From the human T2T-CHM13v2.0 reference genome, Homo sapiens, in assembly GCF_009914755.1 (NCBI RefSeq), contig NC_060926.1: DNA of 64,000 bases; one strand, given 5' to 3'. The notes beneath the pieces are model-generated. The model searched no databases, was not told the DNA's origin, and saw only the letters and a program-made list of their open reading frames with translations. A program made the position numbers and the translations under genes. Of the stretch, positions 40,380 to 52,580 are shown piece by piece (positions within the stretch are counted from its first letter, which is position 1; every line of letters starts with the position of its first letter).

Positions 40380-40387
40380 TATACACA
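40342..40387 (+). repeat. (CA)n microsatellite
   Basis: CA run with CATA interruptions. Confidence 0.9.
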
Positions 40388-41989
40388 TGCTGCCCCTGCC
40401 CATTTCAGAGTGTCTCCTCCAGCTCCTCAGACCCCTATTCTGGGACATTCTGCACTCCCTTCCCACACCCTCCTCTATAAAATGCACTTTTTAAAATCTT
40501 AGCCTCCAGCCTGTATCACCTCTCCCCTCCATATTCACCCATCCCCCATTACCCCTCTTCAGCCTCTATCTTTTTGCAGCTTCCAAAGCTTTTGCATTTA
40601 CAGCCTCACCCTAGGCACTATCTTTCACCCAACACCTTGTGTCCATTTCCGAAACCCTGTCTCTCCGCTCCCCTCCTTCCCACTCCTGCCCTATGCACAT
40701 TTTCTCTCCTACACGAGTGCTAGCTCCTTTCCCACAGGTCAGCCAGACTCCCTCATTTGCTGCCCATCCCTAGTCCCCACTGTTTTCCTGATGATTTTTG
40801 TTCTCATCCCCTAGAACAGAGATGACCAGCCCCACACCCAATCTTCTCTGGGTCTCCCCTCCTCTGACATCCTCTCCCCTCCTCTGACATCACCAGTCTT
40901 TGGCTTTTATTTCTGCTACAATAGAAATATTTTTTCTCTGAGGCCATAGTCTTCTCCAACTTTCGTACTTATCTTTTGTTACCTATGCACTAGTTTCTTT
41001 TTTAAATATATTGAAGTGAATAGTTGATTTGAAGGAAAAAATATTAGATAAAAAATTGTTCAGGTAATAAGAGGATGAACCAAAAATTGTGGAGGTGGTC
41101 ACAGAATAAATGATGGTATCAAATGCTGATGCAGCAGGAGGGGGTGGGCATGTCGAAAAGCAGAATATGTTAAATATTGTGAGAAAAGACCCTGGGGTAG
41201 AGATGAGCATGTGGCTACAGGCAGCAGTGGGATTCCAGCACGAGAAGGGTGGAAGGAAGGTTCAGGTAAGACAAAGATGTTTATCCTTTCTAGGTCAAAG
41301 CCCATGTTGAAAATCTAATGAAATCTAACAAGTCCTCATAGTAAAATGCCCAAACAAGCAAAAGTTTGCATTTATTTCTGGCACATGGAAGAATTCATGA
41401 AGCCTAAAGGGGATGACGTCCAGAGACCTCAGATAGAGAAACATGCTGGGTTTGGGTGCCAGTCCAAAAGGCTTCAATGCCAGAAAATGCAACAAAACTT
41501 GGGCTTCATCCAAGTGGCAAGGTGGTATGTGTTTTAGGATGCTCAACTTTGTGTACTTTATATTTTGTGTACACATCTCGTGCCCAGCCTTTAGCAAGAC
41601 TTTCCGAAATTAATGTTTTGATTCCAGAAACTTCAGGCCAGCAACATTGGCTTGATGCCAGAAAAACCAGCCACTAACATATTTTGAAAATGATGTCGTA
41701 GATAGAGTACAGGAAATGATTATCACTGGGCAGATAAAAGGAAAACATCTTAAAAGAGAATATAAACTTTTTAACCTACTCTAGAGGCAACATGTAAAAA
41801 CGTCTGTGCACCAGAGAAAGAAAATTCAGTGATATGTGTGAGGAGTGGTTTGCATGTGTGTGAGGTTAGAGAAAAAGCCACACGTGGATTGCAAATGTAT
41901 TCGTTTTATCTACTGAGTGCTATTCTGCCAATCCTGAAACAAGAAGATTACCATTTTTGTGTTTTCAGTGTAATAGTATCAGGTAACAC

Positions 41990-42215
41990 AGATTCATTGG
42001 TTGCTACATGCCAAGCACCTCATGTGCATTGTTTCATTTAAACCCCTCCTTTACCCTGTGAGGCAGACACTCATACAAATGAAGTGCTGAGGCCCAGAGA
42101 GCTTATGCAAAGAATGGCTAAGTCGCTGTTCTAGAACCTGAAGCTGGGATGAACTAGACCAAGATTAAACCAGGTGGCCTGACTCTGTCAGAGCCTTGCT
42201 TCTTAACACCATCCT
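41990..42215 (-). mobile_element. MIR
   Basis: ctacatgccaagcac...tcatttaaaccc...acaaatgaagtgctgaggcccagagag. Confidence 0.65.
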
Positions 42216-44029
42216 GGATCCAACAATAGTTCTCTCTCCCCAAAACTGACATGGCTCAAAATCTGAATTCCCCTGTTGGCCCAGTTTCCAACCAGATCCA
42301 CAAACTGTAATTGGATTATGCAGCTGGAATCTGAGAAACAGGAAAGTGCAAATGGCCAAAATAATGAGCACTCGTTAAACTCCTTGGAAAGAACAACACT
42401 GCTTCAAGGCAGTGCCTACAAGCAAGTTTTCCTTGAAGAAAATAACTAAAACGTAATCATTACTTTTAGAGATCTTGGTCGATTTCACCCACTGTCCATT
42501 CTTCTGCTTGTTTTCCCAGAGAAAATGCGTAGGTGCTCTCTTATTAAAAATAAACTTGCATCCCAGTCTACCCCAGAGCGAGATCAAATGGCTACCACAG
42601 GGAGTGATATGAAAATGGAGTCATTTCTCTGAAATTCCCAAGGGTGCTTTTTTGCTTTTAAGAGCAATGAAGTCACTTTCTGCTAGTAATTTATTATTTC
42701 CACCAGTTATTCAAATATTTGTCCACATGTTGAAAAATTAGTCCTTATTCAAACAAGTTTTTGCTTTTAAAGCAAAGGCATTCTAAATGTTCAGTAAAAC
42801 TGGATTCTAGCAAAGGGATACATATAAAGTAATTAAAGGCACATGCTCACTTTCTTCTTAGATAAGCAAACTAAAAATACAAAAAAAAAATAAAAAAAGC
42901 CTACACCTTTCTTCAATAGACATTGGTTTCCCAGATTGCACTGGAGGCCTAAGCTCAAAAAATGAGGTTGGCTTCATCCAAACATCACCTGTCTTGCCAT
43001 TTCCCTGGGCTTGCATGCTAAACAGGTTCAGTCATTTCTGAAAATCGTGGTTCAGGCTGGTCTTTCTTTTGTCCTTGGCATTCTTAGCCTCAGCCAATAG
43101 CAGTATGAAGACATTAACCTTATTAAACATAGATTGTGGCTGGTGTTATTGGAAAGAAGTTTAGTTTGTTGTTCACCCATTATCACATTATAGATGACTT
43201 TTATCGCTATAGTGGTCATGTGTATGTGGGTAATTGCCCCCTTTCCATCCAAATAATATAAATACCATTAGGCAGGAAGAAAAAGGAAATGGGAAGGAGA
43301 GAATAGAGTGCATAATGGGAGGAAAGGACTATTTCCTAAATGCTTCCTGACTTACTGTAGGGAACAAATGAATTATTGCACCCTTCTAAAACTTCAGTGC
43401 CCTTGGTAAAAGCAGACAGAGACAGGAGAAAGGGTAAGCAGTTTGTCTTTCTGGAAAAAAGGGCAAATTATATTATATATATATAGTTTTTTTTTCCCCA
43501 AATACTGCTCACTAAATTAAGTATTTCCACACTGTTCCCAGCAAGCAGGGAAAAGCATATGGAAGAAGGGAGAGAGAGATCCTATATAACTTCTTCAGAA
43601 TTGAGGGAGGGTCAGGAAAATACTCAAAGAAATAAACTGTGTAAATAAATACAGTAACTAATCCTAACAGCCTCTGAAACCTCACTTAAGGCATAGATGG
43701 TGCCTGGAAGCCAAAGTTTCCACTCAGTCAGCACTAGCATTCAAACACATCATCATTTAGGGAGTTGCTTTTTCTCATCATCTGTTTATCCTCAACTGCC
43801 CTCATTGTTCAGCACAGTGAGTACTCAGTAATTACCTTTTGAATGTATAAGAAATCACCTCATTGAGCATCTACCATATACATAGGATTCTTTTTAATAA
43901 TTACCAAATTTCAGATATGTTAAAGTTAGGAAAAAAAAATCTGGTTTGGGTCAGCAAGTTCAGTAAATCGGTCTCATAAAAGAAGTTTGAGAAGAGCATT
44001 TTCCATTGACCTTTTCTTCACATTTAAAG

Positions 44030-44590
44030 TGTCTCTGAATTTGACAGTAGGTATCAAGAGATTTGGAAAAGGTCATGCCTCTTGCCCAAGTAGCTCAACT
44101 TCCAGATATCTACCCCCAAGGAAGTCATAAGAGGTATGAACAAAAATTTGTGGTGGAGATGTTCATCACAGCACTATTTAGAATATCAGTATCCATGGAT
44201 ACACATGTCCAGGCACAGGGTCAAGTTTAAATTAAGCTGGAATCAAAGTCAAGTCATGTAATGGCCTCCCAGTGACCCTTACATGTGATTTTTTTAAAGT
44301 TTCTTTAATGGCATGGAAGATATTTGATGATACACTGATAAACGAAAAAAGCAGGATGCAATGCACTTCACACAGGATGATCGAAATCTACATCAGAGAA
44401 AAAGCTACAGGAAGAAAGAGACACACACACACATGAAGAGAAAATCAAAAGTTAACATTCCAAGTTACAATGAGGAGTTATCCCTTAGTTATGAAGGTTA
44501 TGAGGTCACAAATGATTTCTTTCATCTTTTTAAAATTTCCTGTTATTATATATTCCCAGATTGCTTTTATAGTCAGAAAAAAATAAATTT
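44030..44590 (+). mobile_element. L1ME-type 3' end
   Basis: gatgttcatcacagcactatt...atggcatggaagatatttgatgatac...cttttatagtcagaaaaaaataaa. Confidence 0.7.
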
Positions 44591-44713
44591 TTTGTCATAG
44601 AATTTTTAACTGTTTAGACCAGGTTAGGAAGTCTAATCATAGGGAAAATGAGATATTCTAAATTCTGACAGCTTCAATTGCCAGAATTCAATTGCCATAA
44701 GTTTTCTGTGTGT

Positions 44714-44843
44714 TTTTGTTGTTGTTGTTGGTTTGTTTTTTTAGACAGGGTCTCGCTGTCACCCAAACTGGAGTGCAGCGGCACAATCATGGCTCACTGC
44801 AGCCTCCCCATTCTGGGTTCACGCAGTCCTCCTGCCTCAGTCT
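44714..44843 (-). mobile_element. Alu right-arm fragment (FRAM/AluJ)
   Basis: agacagggtctcgctgtcaccc...tcatggctcactgcagcc, truncated. Confidence 0.85.
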
Positions 44844-45869
44844 TCTGCTACCAGATGATCTCTACAGTTTTCCTATGGTTTCTTGAAGACTTCTGTGCAT
44901 TTTCCCTAATAGCCAACTACTTATGATCTGTGAGTCTGCAGCAGCTAATAATTACAAGAATTTTCTCAGGAAAGGAAGATGGAAAGGGGAGTTCAGGAGA
45001 GTCCGACTCAAGCCATAGGTTGCCATTGGCTTGTTGGCAAGTCACTTAAACTCTTGAGGCCTCCTTTGTGTCATAGACTAGGTAATTTTTAAGCTCCCCT
45101 GTAGTTTTAAGTCCAAAAAATAATTATCTTTTCTATGCTGTTCTAGGAGGTCGCCACCAAATAATTTGCATTTGGAGCATGTAGACTTCAATTGTTCTTG
45201 AGTGAAAGAATTGCCTTCCAGTCACTCTGGAGGATGACAGAGGCCAGTCACTCACACTTGGGCTATTCAGTGGCCTTCCTCTCACATCATCTCCTGGTTT
45301 CTGGGCTTCACCACCAGGATCCCCTTAGAGTTCTGCTCGTCCCACAAGGTATGATTTTTAACATGCCAAATGCACTTTTATCATCAACAAAGCCTACTGT
45401 GCTGGGAAAACAGTGGCCCTCAGCCTTTTCTGGGACACAGCTGCCTTTCAGAAACTGTGGGAAACATTGACCTCTCCTCAGAAAAATGGTCTTTCACGTC
45501 AAAATTTGGCTGACCACTTCATGGACTCACAGACTTGCAGCCCAAAGCCCTTGGATGCCAGGTTAAAAACCCCTGGTTAGGATAGTATTTACCTATTCAA
45601 CAGAGCCCCAGATGATTTTAAAGCATGCTTCTTTTTCGCGAGTAAGATGATCATGATGACTAGAAATCATGTAATGAAGGGGGCCCGCCCAGGCCCTGTG
45701 AGTCAGGAAGAAGGGAACCCAGAGCTGTATCCTTCAGTGCAACCCAGGATCAGCAAGCCTCAGGACAGCGGTGAGGACCACAGGAAAGGGGACACATCTC
45801 AGAAACCGCTCCCTGCTCCAGAGCCTGTCTACAAGTGACAGAGCTGCAACCGCCACCAGGGCAGCCTTC

Positions 45870-46095
45870 TCCCTGACAAGAATTAGGACTCAGGTTTACA
45901 ATGCCCCAGGCATTATCTTACTGATCCTCACCACAACTCACTGTGCTACTATTGAGCTTGATTGTACGTGGTACCCAACATCTCCATTTTGTAGATGAGG
46001 AAACTGAGTATCAGGGAGGATAAGAAGTTTTTCCAAAGTCACAGAGCCAGCAAATGTCAGGGGCATGATTCAGGCTCTGCCTGACTCTATTCCAC
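45870..46095 (-). mobile_element. MIR
   Basis: ctccattttgtagatgaggaaactgag...ccaaagtcacagagcc. Confidence 0.8.
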
Positions 46096-46243
46096 CCAAG
46101 TCAGGCTAATTATTATCAGGCAAGCCCCCGTGCTCAGCTCAGCCACAGGATTGTGTTTCTCAGGAAACATTGCCATAAGTTGAACACAAGTGACACAGAG
46201 GAGACTCATGGAAAATTAGTAGCAAGTGGTAGCTGAATAGCAG

Positions 46244-46549
46244 TTTTTCTTTTTTTTTTTTTTTTTTTTTTGAGACAGGATTTCACTGTCTCCCAGGGTA
46301 GAGTGCAGTGGCATGATCATGGCTCCCTGCAACCTCCACTTCCTGGGCTCAGGCAATCCTCCTGCCTCAACATCCCAAGTAGCTGAGACTATAGGCATGG
46401 GCCACCATGCCTGGCTAATTTTTTCAATTTTTTGTAGAGATGGAGTCTCATTATGTTGCCCAGACTGGTCTTAAACTCTTGGCCTCAAGCAATCCTGCAT
46501 TGGCCTCCCAATGCGCTGGGATTACAGGTGTGAGCCACTATGCCTGGCT
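46244..46549 (-). mobile_element. AluJ
   Basis: T tail then antisense Alu. Confidence 0.95.
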
Positions 46550-46871
46550 GGCAGGAATGTCTTAATGCCCGATGCCTCTCAAAGTTCTGTTTGAGGGTGG
46601 AAGTAAGAAGGAAGACAGCCTAGGAGCTTCTTTGAAAAAAAATAGCATCTTTGTTTTTTTTCATTTGCAGAGTCATCATTTCTCTGTGTGCCCAATGCTG
46701 TGAGTGACCAGCTATAGCCAGGGAAACTCTGTAGCTCTAGAACATGGCCAAGGCCTTTGCTGAAATCCCAGAGCCAGGGAACCACACAGAAGTGCATGGC
46801 AAGCCTGGCTCTATGTTCCAGGGGACTGGCTACTTCTCTTAATAAAACAGACTCCCTCTGTCCCCTCAACT

Positions 46872-47290
46872 AAGAATCATAGAACTTTAAAAATGGAAGG
46901 AACCTCAAATATTACTTGGTTTAATGGCTTCCTCTTTTTCATCACTCCCACCCTTCCTTCCTACCTTTACTGTAGACCTTATTTTGCCAAGGAAGAAATT
47001 CAAAACCAGAGAAAAGAAGTTGCTTTTTTAAGATTCTACAGATCATTATTAGAGGGTAGAAGTTGAACATAGGTCTATTATGGACCAGGAAGTATGTCAC
47101 ATAATTTACAAATAGCATCTCATTTAAACTTACAGTTATTCACTAAAGTAGATCTTATTATACTCATTTTATAGATGGAGAAACTAATGTTCAGGAAAAT
47201 AAATAATTCACCATGGTCAAACAAAAAAAAATCATTTGAACATAAATAGCCCTAACCCATAAAGCCAATGCCTTTTTCAAAAAACTCTAT
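46872..47290 (-). mobile_element. Two MIR/MIR3 fragments
   Basis: agaatcatagaac...tggaaggaacc; ctcattttatagatggagaaactaatg. Confidence 0.65.
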
Positions 47291-48187
47291 AGACCATTAG
47301 AGATGAGCCAGAAGTTACCCTGATAATGCTCCTGTGAAGTGCTGGTCAGTGTGTTTAGGTTCCCCTGCACTCCTTTCACCTATGGTACTCTGCCTCTCCC
47401 TCTCAGTCTGGAGAATGAACAGCAGACATGGTGATGGATACAAAAGGGAGACCCCTCTGATGGGTGCAGTGGTGACAGCAAAGACCAGATCCAAGAAAGT
47501 ACCATCTTGGATGGGATATGTGCCAGAGTGGATGCATGACATGACCAAGGGTCAGAAGAGATACGTGACATTTCAAAGATAACAGAATAGTAACAAAATA
47601 GATGAGTTTAAAAAAAATAAAATAAATAAATAAAAACGTTTTTTTCTAACAACCTCAAGAGTGTCAGCTGCCGACATACAACTTATTATAAATGCTGAGG
47701 AAAGAAGGCGATAAAAGAAAGACAATCCAAGTTCGACGATGAAGGAAAAAGGCGACAAGATTAAGCTTTCTTCATCAGGCATAATATATAGAAGCTCAAA
47801 GTCAGGGTAAAGTGAGTTATAGAAAAATAAAGATGACATTTTTCACAGCAATAATCAGTTTCACAGTTATCATTTGTATTAAACTGGTTATTCTATCATG
47901 CTACCAATTCAGAAATGCTCCATAAAAATTATGCAAATTATTTCATTTGAAATAAGCTTTAAGTCAATTTTAGGGAAAGGAAAAAAGAAGGACCACAAAC
48001 CATGTACCCATTTCCCATGTGAAACTCATCAGCCCTCCTGCCACTACTTGTTATTACAGATTTGAGGAAAACTGGAAGAGACAGAAGACAAGAAAAAGAA
48101 CCGTTCCAGAATAATCCAATATGGGGGGAATGGGGGTAGTGGGGCGGGTAGTGAGAATAAAGCTGTCAAAAGACAAGACAGATTATA

Positions 48188-48487
48188 GGCCGGGTGCGGT
48201 GGCTCACAGCTGTAATCTCAGCACTTTGGGAGGCTGAGGCGGGCGGATCACAAAGTCAGGAGATCAAGACCATCCTGGTTAACACGGTGAAACCCCGTCT
48301 CTGCTTAAAATACAAAAAACTAGCTGGGCATGGTGGTGGGCGCCTGTAGTCCCGGCTACTCAGGAGGCCGAGGCAGGAGAATGGCGTGAACCCGGGAGGC
48401 GGAGCTTGCAGTGAGCCAAGATGGCGCCACTGCTCTCCAGCCTGGGTGACAGAGAAAGAATCCGTCTCAAAAAAAAAAAAGAAAGAA
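48188..48487 (+). mobile_element. AluY with 13-bp TSD aagacagattata
   Basis: AluY diagnostics gagaatggcgtgaacccgggaggcggagcttgc; TSD at 48175-48187 and 48488-48500. Confidence 0.97.
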
Positions 48488-49139
48488 AAGACAGATTATA
48501 CTTCCTGTGCCCTTCAAAAACTGATTCAGTTCAGAAATAAGGATTCTTAGAATTCTTGATCAAGAAGTCATCTAGCTTTTCTCTGTCATCTTCAGGAAAA
48601 CCAATGGCTACAGAGACATGAGCCCAGGGAAATGAGAAGTTTCCCAGAGGAAGCGATTCTAAACTGCCCTCACAGTCACAACCCTGCATTAGGACTAAAT
48701 AAAGCTGATCAGCATTTATCAATCCGTACCTATGTGATAGATTCATTCATGTCAGTCTCTCCATTGAAAAACAGTTTCCACAAGGGCAGAATGTGACAGG
48801 GTTACAATGTATCAACATACTCTTCAAAACTAGCACAGTCCCTGACATAGAATTTATCCTACATTAATTTTGTTGAACAAATGAAATAAAAAAGTCTACA
48901 CCCCAGGAATTGGAAATACTCTGTTATGATTACATATCTGCACTATACATGAAGTAAGGTAGTGCTATTTGAAAATGGAATTAGATTAGTAAGTTTATAT
49001 TGCAAATATAGGACAAGTGTAAAAACACACTTTTAAAAGTATCCTTGGTATGCAAAAAGAGGAAAAAAATTATATAAAATTCTCAACTAAAATGAAAGAA
49101 AGCAGAAAAATGGGGGAAAAGAAAAAGTGATGAAAAGAA

Positions 49140-49300
49140 AAGTTATAAATAAAGTAGATATTAATCCAATTGTGTCAATAATCACTTTAAATATAAATAC
49201 CTAAACATAACAATGAAAAGTCAGAGATTGTCAGAATGGATACAAAATAAGACACAACTATGTGTTGTCTACAAAGAACCACTTTAAATATAAAAGTACA
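49140..49300 (+). mobile_element. Old L1 ORF2 5' (endonuclease) fragment
   Basis: tcaataatcactttaaat...cagagattgtcagaatggat...tgttgtctacaaag. Confidence 0.7.
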
Positions 49301-49350
49301 TTAAATACTACATCAAGATCTTCCTTCTCTCCTATCTCTACCCTCATGCA

Positions 49351-49354
<4 letters not shown>

Positions 49355-49396
<42 letters not shown>
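49355..49396 (+). repeat. (CA)21 microsatellite
   Basis: 42 bp perfect CA. Confidence 0.95.
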
Positions 49397-49399
<3 letters not shown>

Positions 49400-49424
49400 G
49401 CTTTTAGTTAAAAAAAAATATTTT

Positions 49425-49721
<297 letters not shown>

Positions 49722-50489
49722 CTAAGAATGAGTTACTTCCTATTCTCAGTATACTAGATCCTGTCAATGTATTAATCAAGACAGTTACACAAAAGGATTG
49801 AGACTTCTCATGGTTTCATACCTTCTGTAAACAGTTCCACTATTCTGGAGCAAAACTGAAGGAGGCACTTAACAAACTTGCTGAAGTCTTGCTCTTACAT
49901 ACACAGACAGGCTTTAACATATAGCTGAAAATCAGTTACAGTTTCTCAGGACAGTGATGAAAGAAAACATGCAAATGTAACCCATATGTTAACTTTGATA
50001 TTTGTCCCTTAGCCCTGTCAGGTTAACATTTCACACTTGGAAAATGACAACTTCTCTTGTTATATTGCTTAAAGAAAACCAAAGTTTTGCTTACCTAAAT
50101 GAAAATAAGGTTGTTTCTACCTTATGATGTCCAAATGGGACTTAGTCTCTTCCCTAAACCTTTTACTCCTCATAATTTTCACTTTTTCCTGAAGAAAAAA
50201 CTGAAATTCAACTTTCTGAACCAAATCAGTCACTAATTGAAATAAATGCTCAGAGGAGAGCATATAAGCATTTTTAATTCAAACAACAAATACCATGTGA
50301 TTAATAAAGTGTCATTCAACTTTCTGCTAAACTATCTAAGCCTTGATCTTTTCAGTTGTATGTTGATTATATGATTCCATTTCAAAAGGTCTGCATGAGA
50401 ATAATTCTGCTTACAGGAAAACTAGCAAACACAAACTTCTTATTTGGTCCACCTATGTTCTCTTGCCTCGACTGTTCTTTAAAAAAAAA

Positions 50490-50835
50490 ATAGGTTTAGT
50501 TGACAGCATATTCAAAATGAGAGATTTCAAATACATACTCTGATTTCCAAACATCTCTTGAAAACTAGATCTGTCTATTAAACTTAGGCTTATTAGTTCA
50601 TCTGGCAACAATCAGCTTGCCTAATAACAACTGCTCCCTTTAGACAAGGCATGTGCTTTCCAGTTTGCCAGTTGCCAACATTCCATATTGATTCCCTGAC
50701 ACCGAGACCCAGTGCCAGTTGCCATTTACCATCAGGCTTCTGCTGCTGTTTTTCTTGTAATAGAGAACTATTCCTCTGTTATTTGTGTCACTATGAAAAG
50801 TGGGGAGATAGACCAAGAGAATATCAAGTGTGTTA
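50490..50835. mobile_element. Charlie4-like hAT fragment
   Basis: tctcttgaaaa...ctggcaacaatc...ccctttagacaaggcatgtgc...cagttgccattta match the recalled Charlie4 consensus. Confidence 0.6.
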
Positions 50836-51087
50836 TACTCACTGCATGCTTCCATCATGTACATTCACTGACCCATCATTTAAACATTTCGGTTTGAAAC
50901 CTATGCCCTATAGAACAGTGATGAGACAGTCATTCGCTCTGAAAGTCAAGAGGTGCCAGCCAGCTACAAACTAGGGTTTGTAGAGGTTTGTTCATGTAAT
51001 AAGTGTAATCAAGATGACACTACACATAGGAAGAATAAAAAGGAACACCAAGTCATCAAAAATTTTCTGAAAAATCAAGACTTTCCA

Positions 51088-51378
51088 TGTGATGGTGAAT
51101 ATTGTCAATTTGATTGGATTGAAGGATGCAAAGCATTGTTCCTGGGTGTGTCTGTGAGGGTGCTGCCAAAGGAGATTAACATTTGAGTCAGGACCAGGAA
51201 AGACAGACCCACCCTCAGTCTGGGTGGGCACCATCTAATCAGCTGCCAGCATGGCCAGAATAAAAGCAGGCAGAGAACATGGAAAGCCTAGACTGGCTTG
51301 ATCTTCTGATCTACATCTTTCTCCCATGTTGGATGCTTCCTGCCCTCGAATATCAGACTCCAAGTTATTTGGATTTGG
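51088..51378 (+). mobile_element. MLT2A (HERV-L LTR), 3'-truncated
   Basis: tgtgatgg...gattggattgaaggatgcaaag...gtgggcaccatctaatcagctgccagc...tcagactccaagtt. Confidence 0.9.
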
Positions 51379-51380
51379 GG

Positions 51381-51758
51381 TTCTTTTTCCTCCTCCTCCT
51401 CCTCCTCCTTCTCTTCTTCCTCCTCCTCCTTCTTCCTTCTCCTTCTTCTCCTCCTCTTCCTTCTTCTTCCTTCTCCTTCTTCTCCTCTTCCTTCTTCTTT
51501 TTCCTGCTTTTTCCTCCTCCTCCTCCCCCTTCTTCTTCTTCCCCTTCTTCCTCCTCCTCCACTTGTTCCTCTTCCTCCTCCTCTCTTATACTTCCCCTTC
51601 CCCATTTTTTTCACTTCTCCTCCTCCTCCTCTTTCTCCTCCTTCTTCTTCGTTTGCTTCTCTTCTTTGTTCACTTCTTCTTCCTCCTCCTCCTTCTTCCT
51701 CCTCTTCCATTTCTTTTTCCTCTTCCTCCTCCTTCTTTTTCCTCCTGCTCTCCCCCAT
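51381..51758 (+). repeat. (CCT/CTT)n polypyrimidine low-complexity tract
   Basis: ~375 bp almost exclusively C/T. Confidence 0.97.
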
Positions 51759-51759
51759 T

Positions 51760-52230
51760 CTAGAATTCCAGATATACATATGTTTAAATGTTTGGTATTG
51801 TCACAGAACTCTTGAATAGTCTGTTATGATGTTTTTGTTTTGTTTCCATTTTTCTCTCTTTGTATTTTAGTCTGAATAATTTCTATAGACCTAGTTTTAA
51901 ATTCACTGTTTTTTTTTCCTCAGCTATGTCAAGTCTATTGATGAGCCCAACACAGGCATTCTTCATCTCTTTTATTGAATTTTTTATTTCTAGTATTTCC
52001 ATGTGATGATTTTTGTAGTTTTCATTTCCCTGCTGAGATTATCTGTCTGCTCTTGCATGTTGTTTACTTTTTTCATTAGATCCTTCAAAGTACTGGTTAT
52101 GCTTATTTTAAATCCTTGTCAGGTAATTACAACATTTGTGCCATATTTTATTCTGGTCTGATGATTGCTTTGTCTTTGAAGGTGTATTTTTTTTTCTTGC
52201 TTTTTCATATGCTTCCTAACTTTTTCTACA
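51760..52230 (-). mobile_element. Old L1M ORF1-region fragment
   Basis: Antisense L1 ORF1-like T-rich sequence: tcagctatgtcaagtctattgatgagccc. Confidence 0.65.
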
Positions 52231-52580
52231 TCCTGAGCATGAGTCTAACAGAGCTTTGATATCACAATATAAAAGGATCATTCAAGGAAAGAGCACTGCA
52301 TGCATTACTAAGCATAGTTTTGGAAAACAAAATAAAACAGTGTATAAAAAGAATAATACATCATGATTAAGTTTGGTTTAACACTAAAAATAGTAGTTAA
52401 CATAATCCAACACATTAAGGATTAAAAGAGAAAAATCATGTGATTATCACAGTAACTGCATTAAAAAGCATTTGACAGAGTTTTAATCCTTCAATAATTT
52501 AAAGTAAAAACTGTTAGGAAAAATAGGAGATGGGAACATTCTTAACTAATTTTTAAATTAATAATTTCAAAAATACATAA

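Noticed and set aside
51279-51815. Long Ser/Pro/Phe- and Glu/Arg-rich ORFs
   Set aside because: Artefact of the stop-free CT tract
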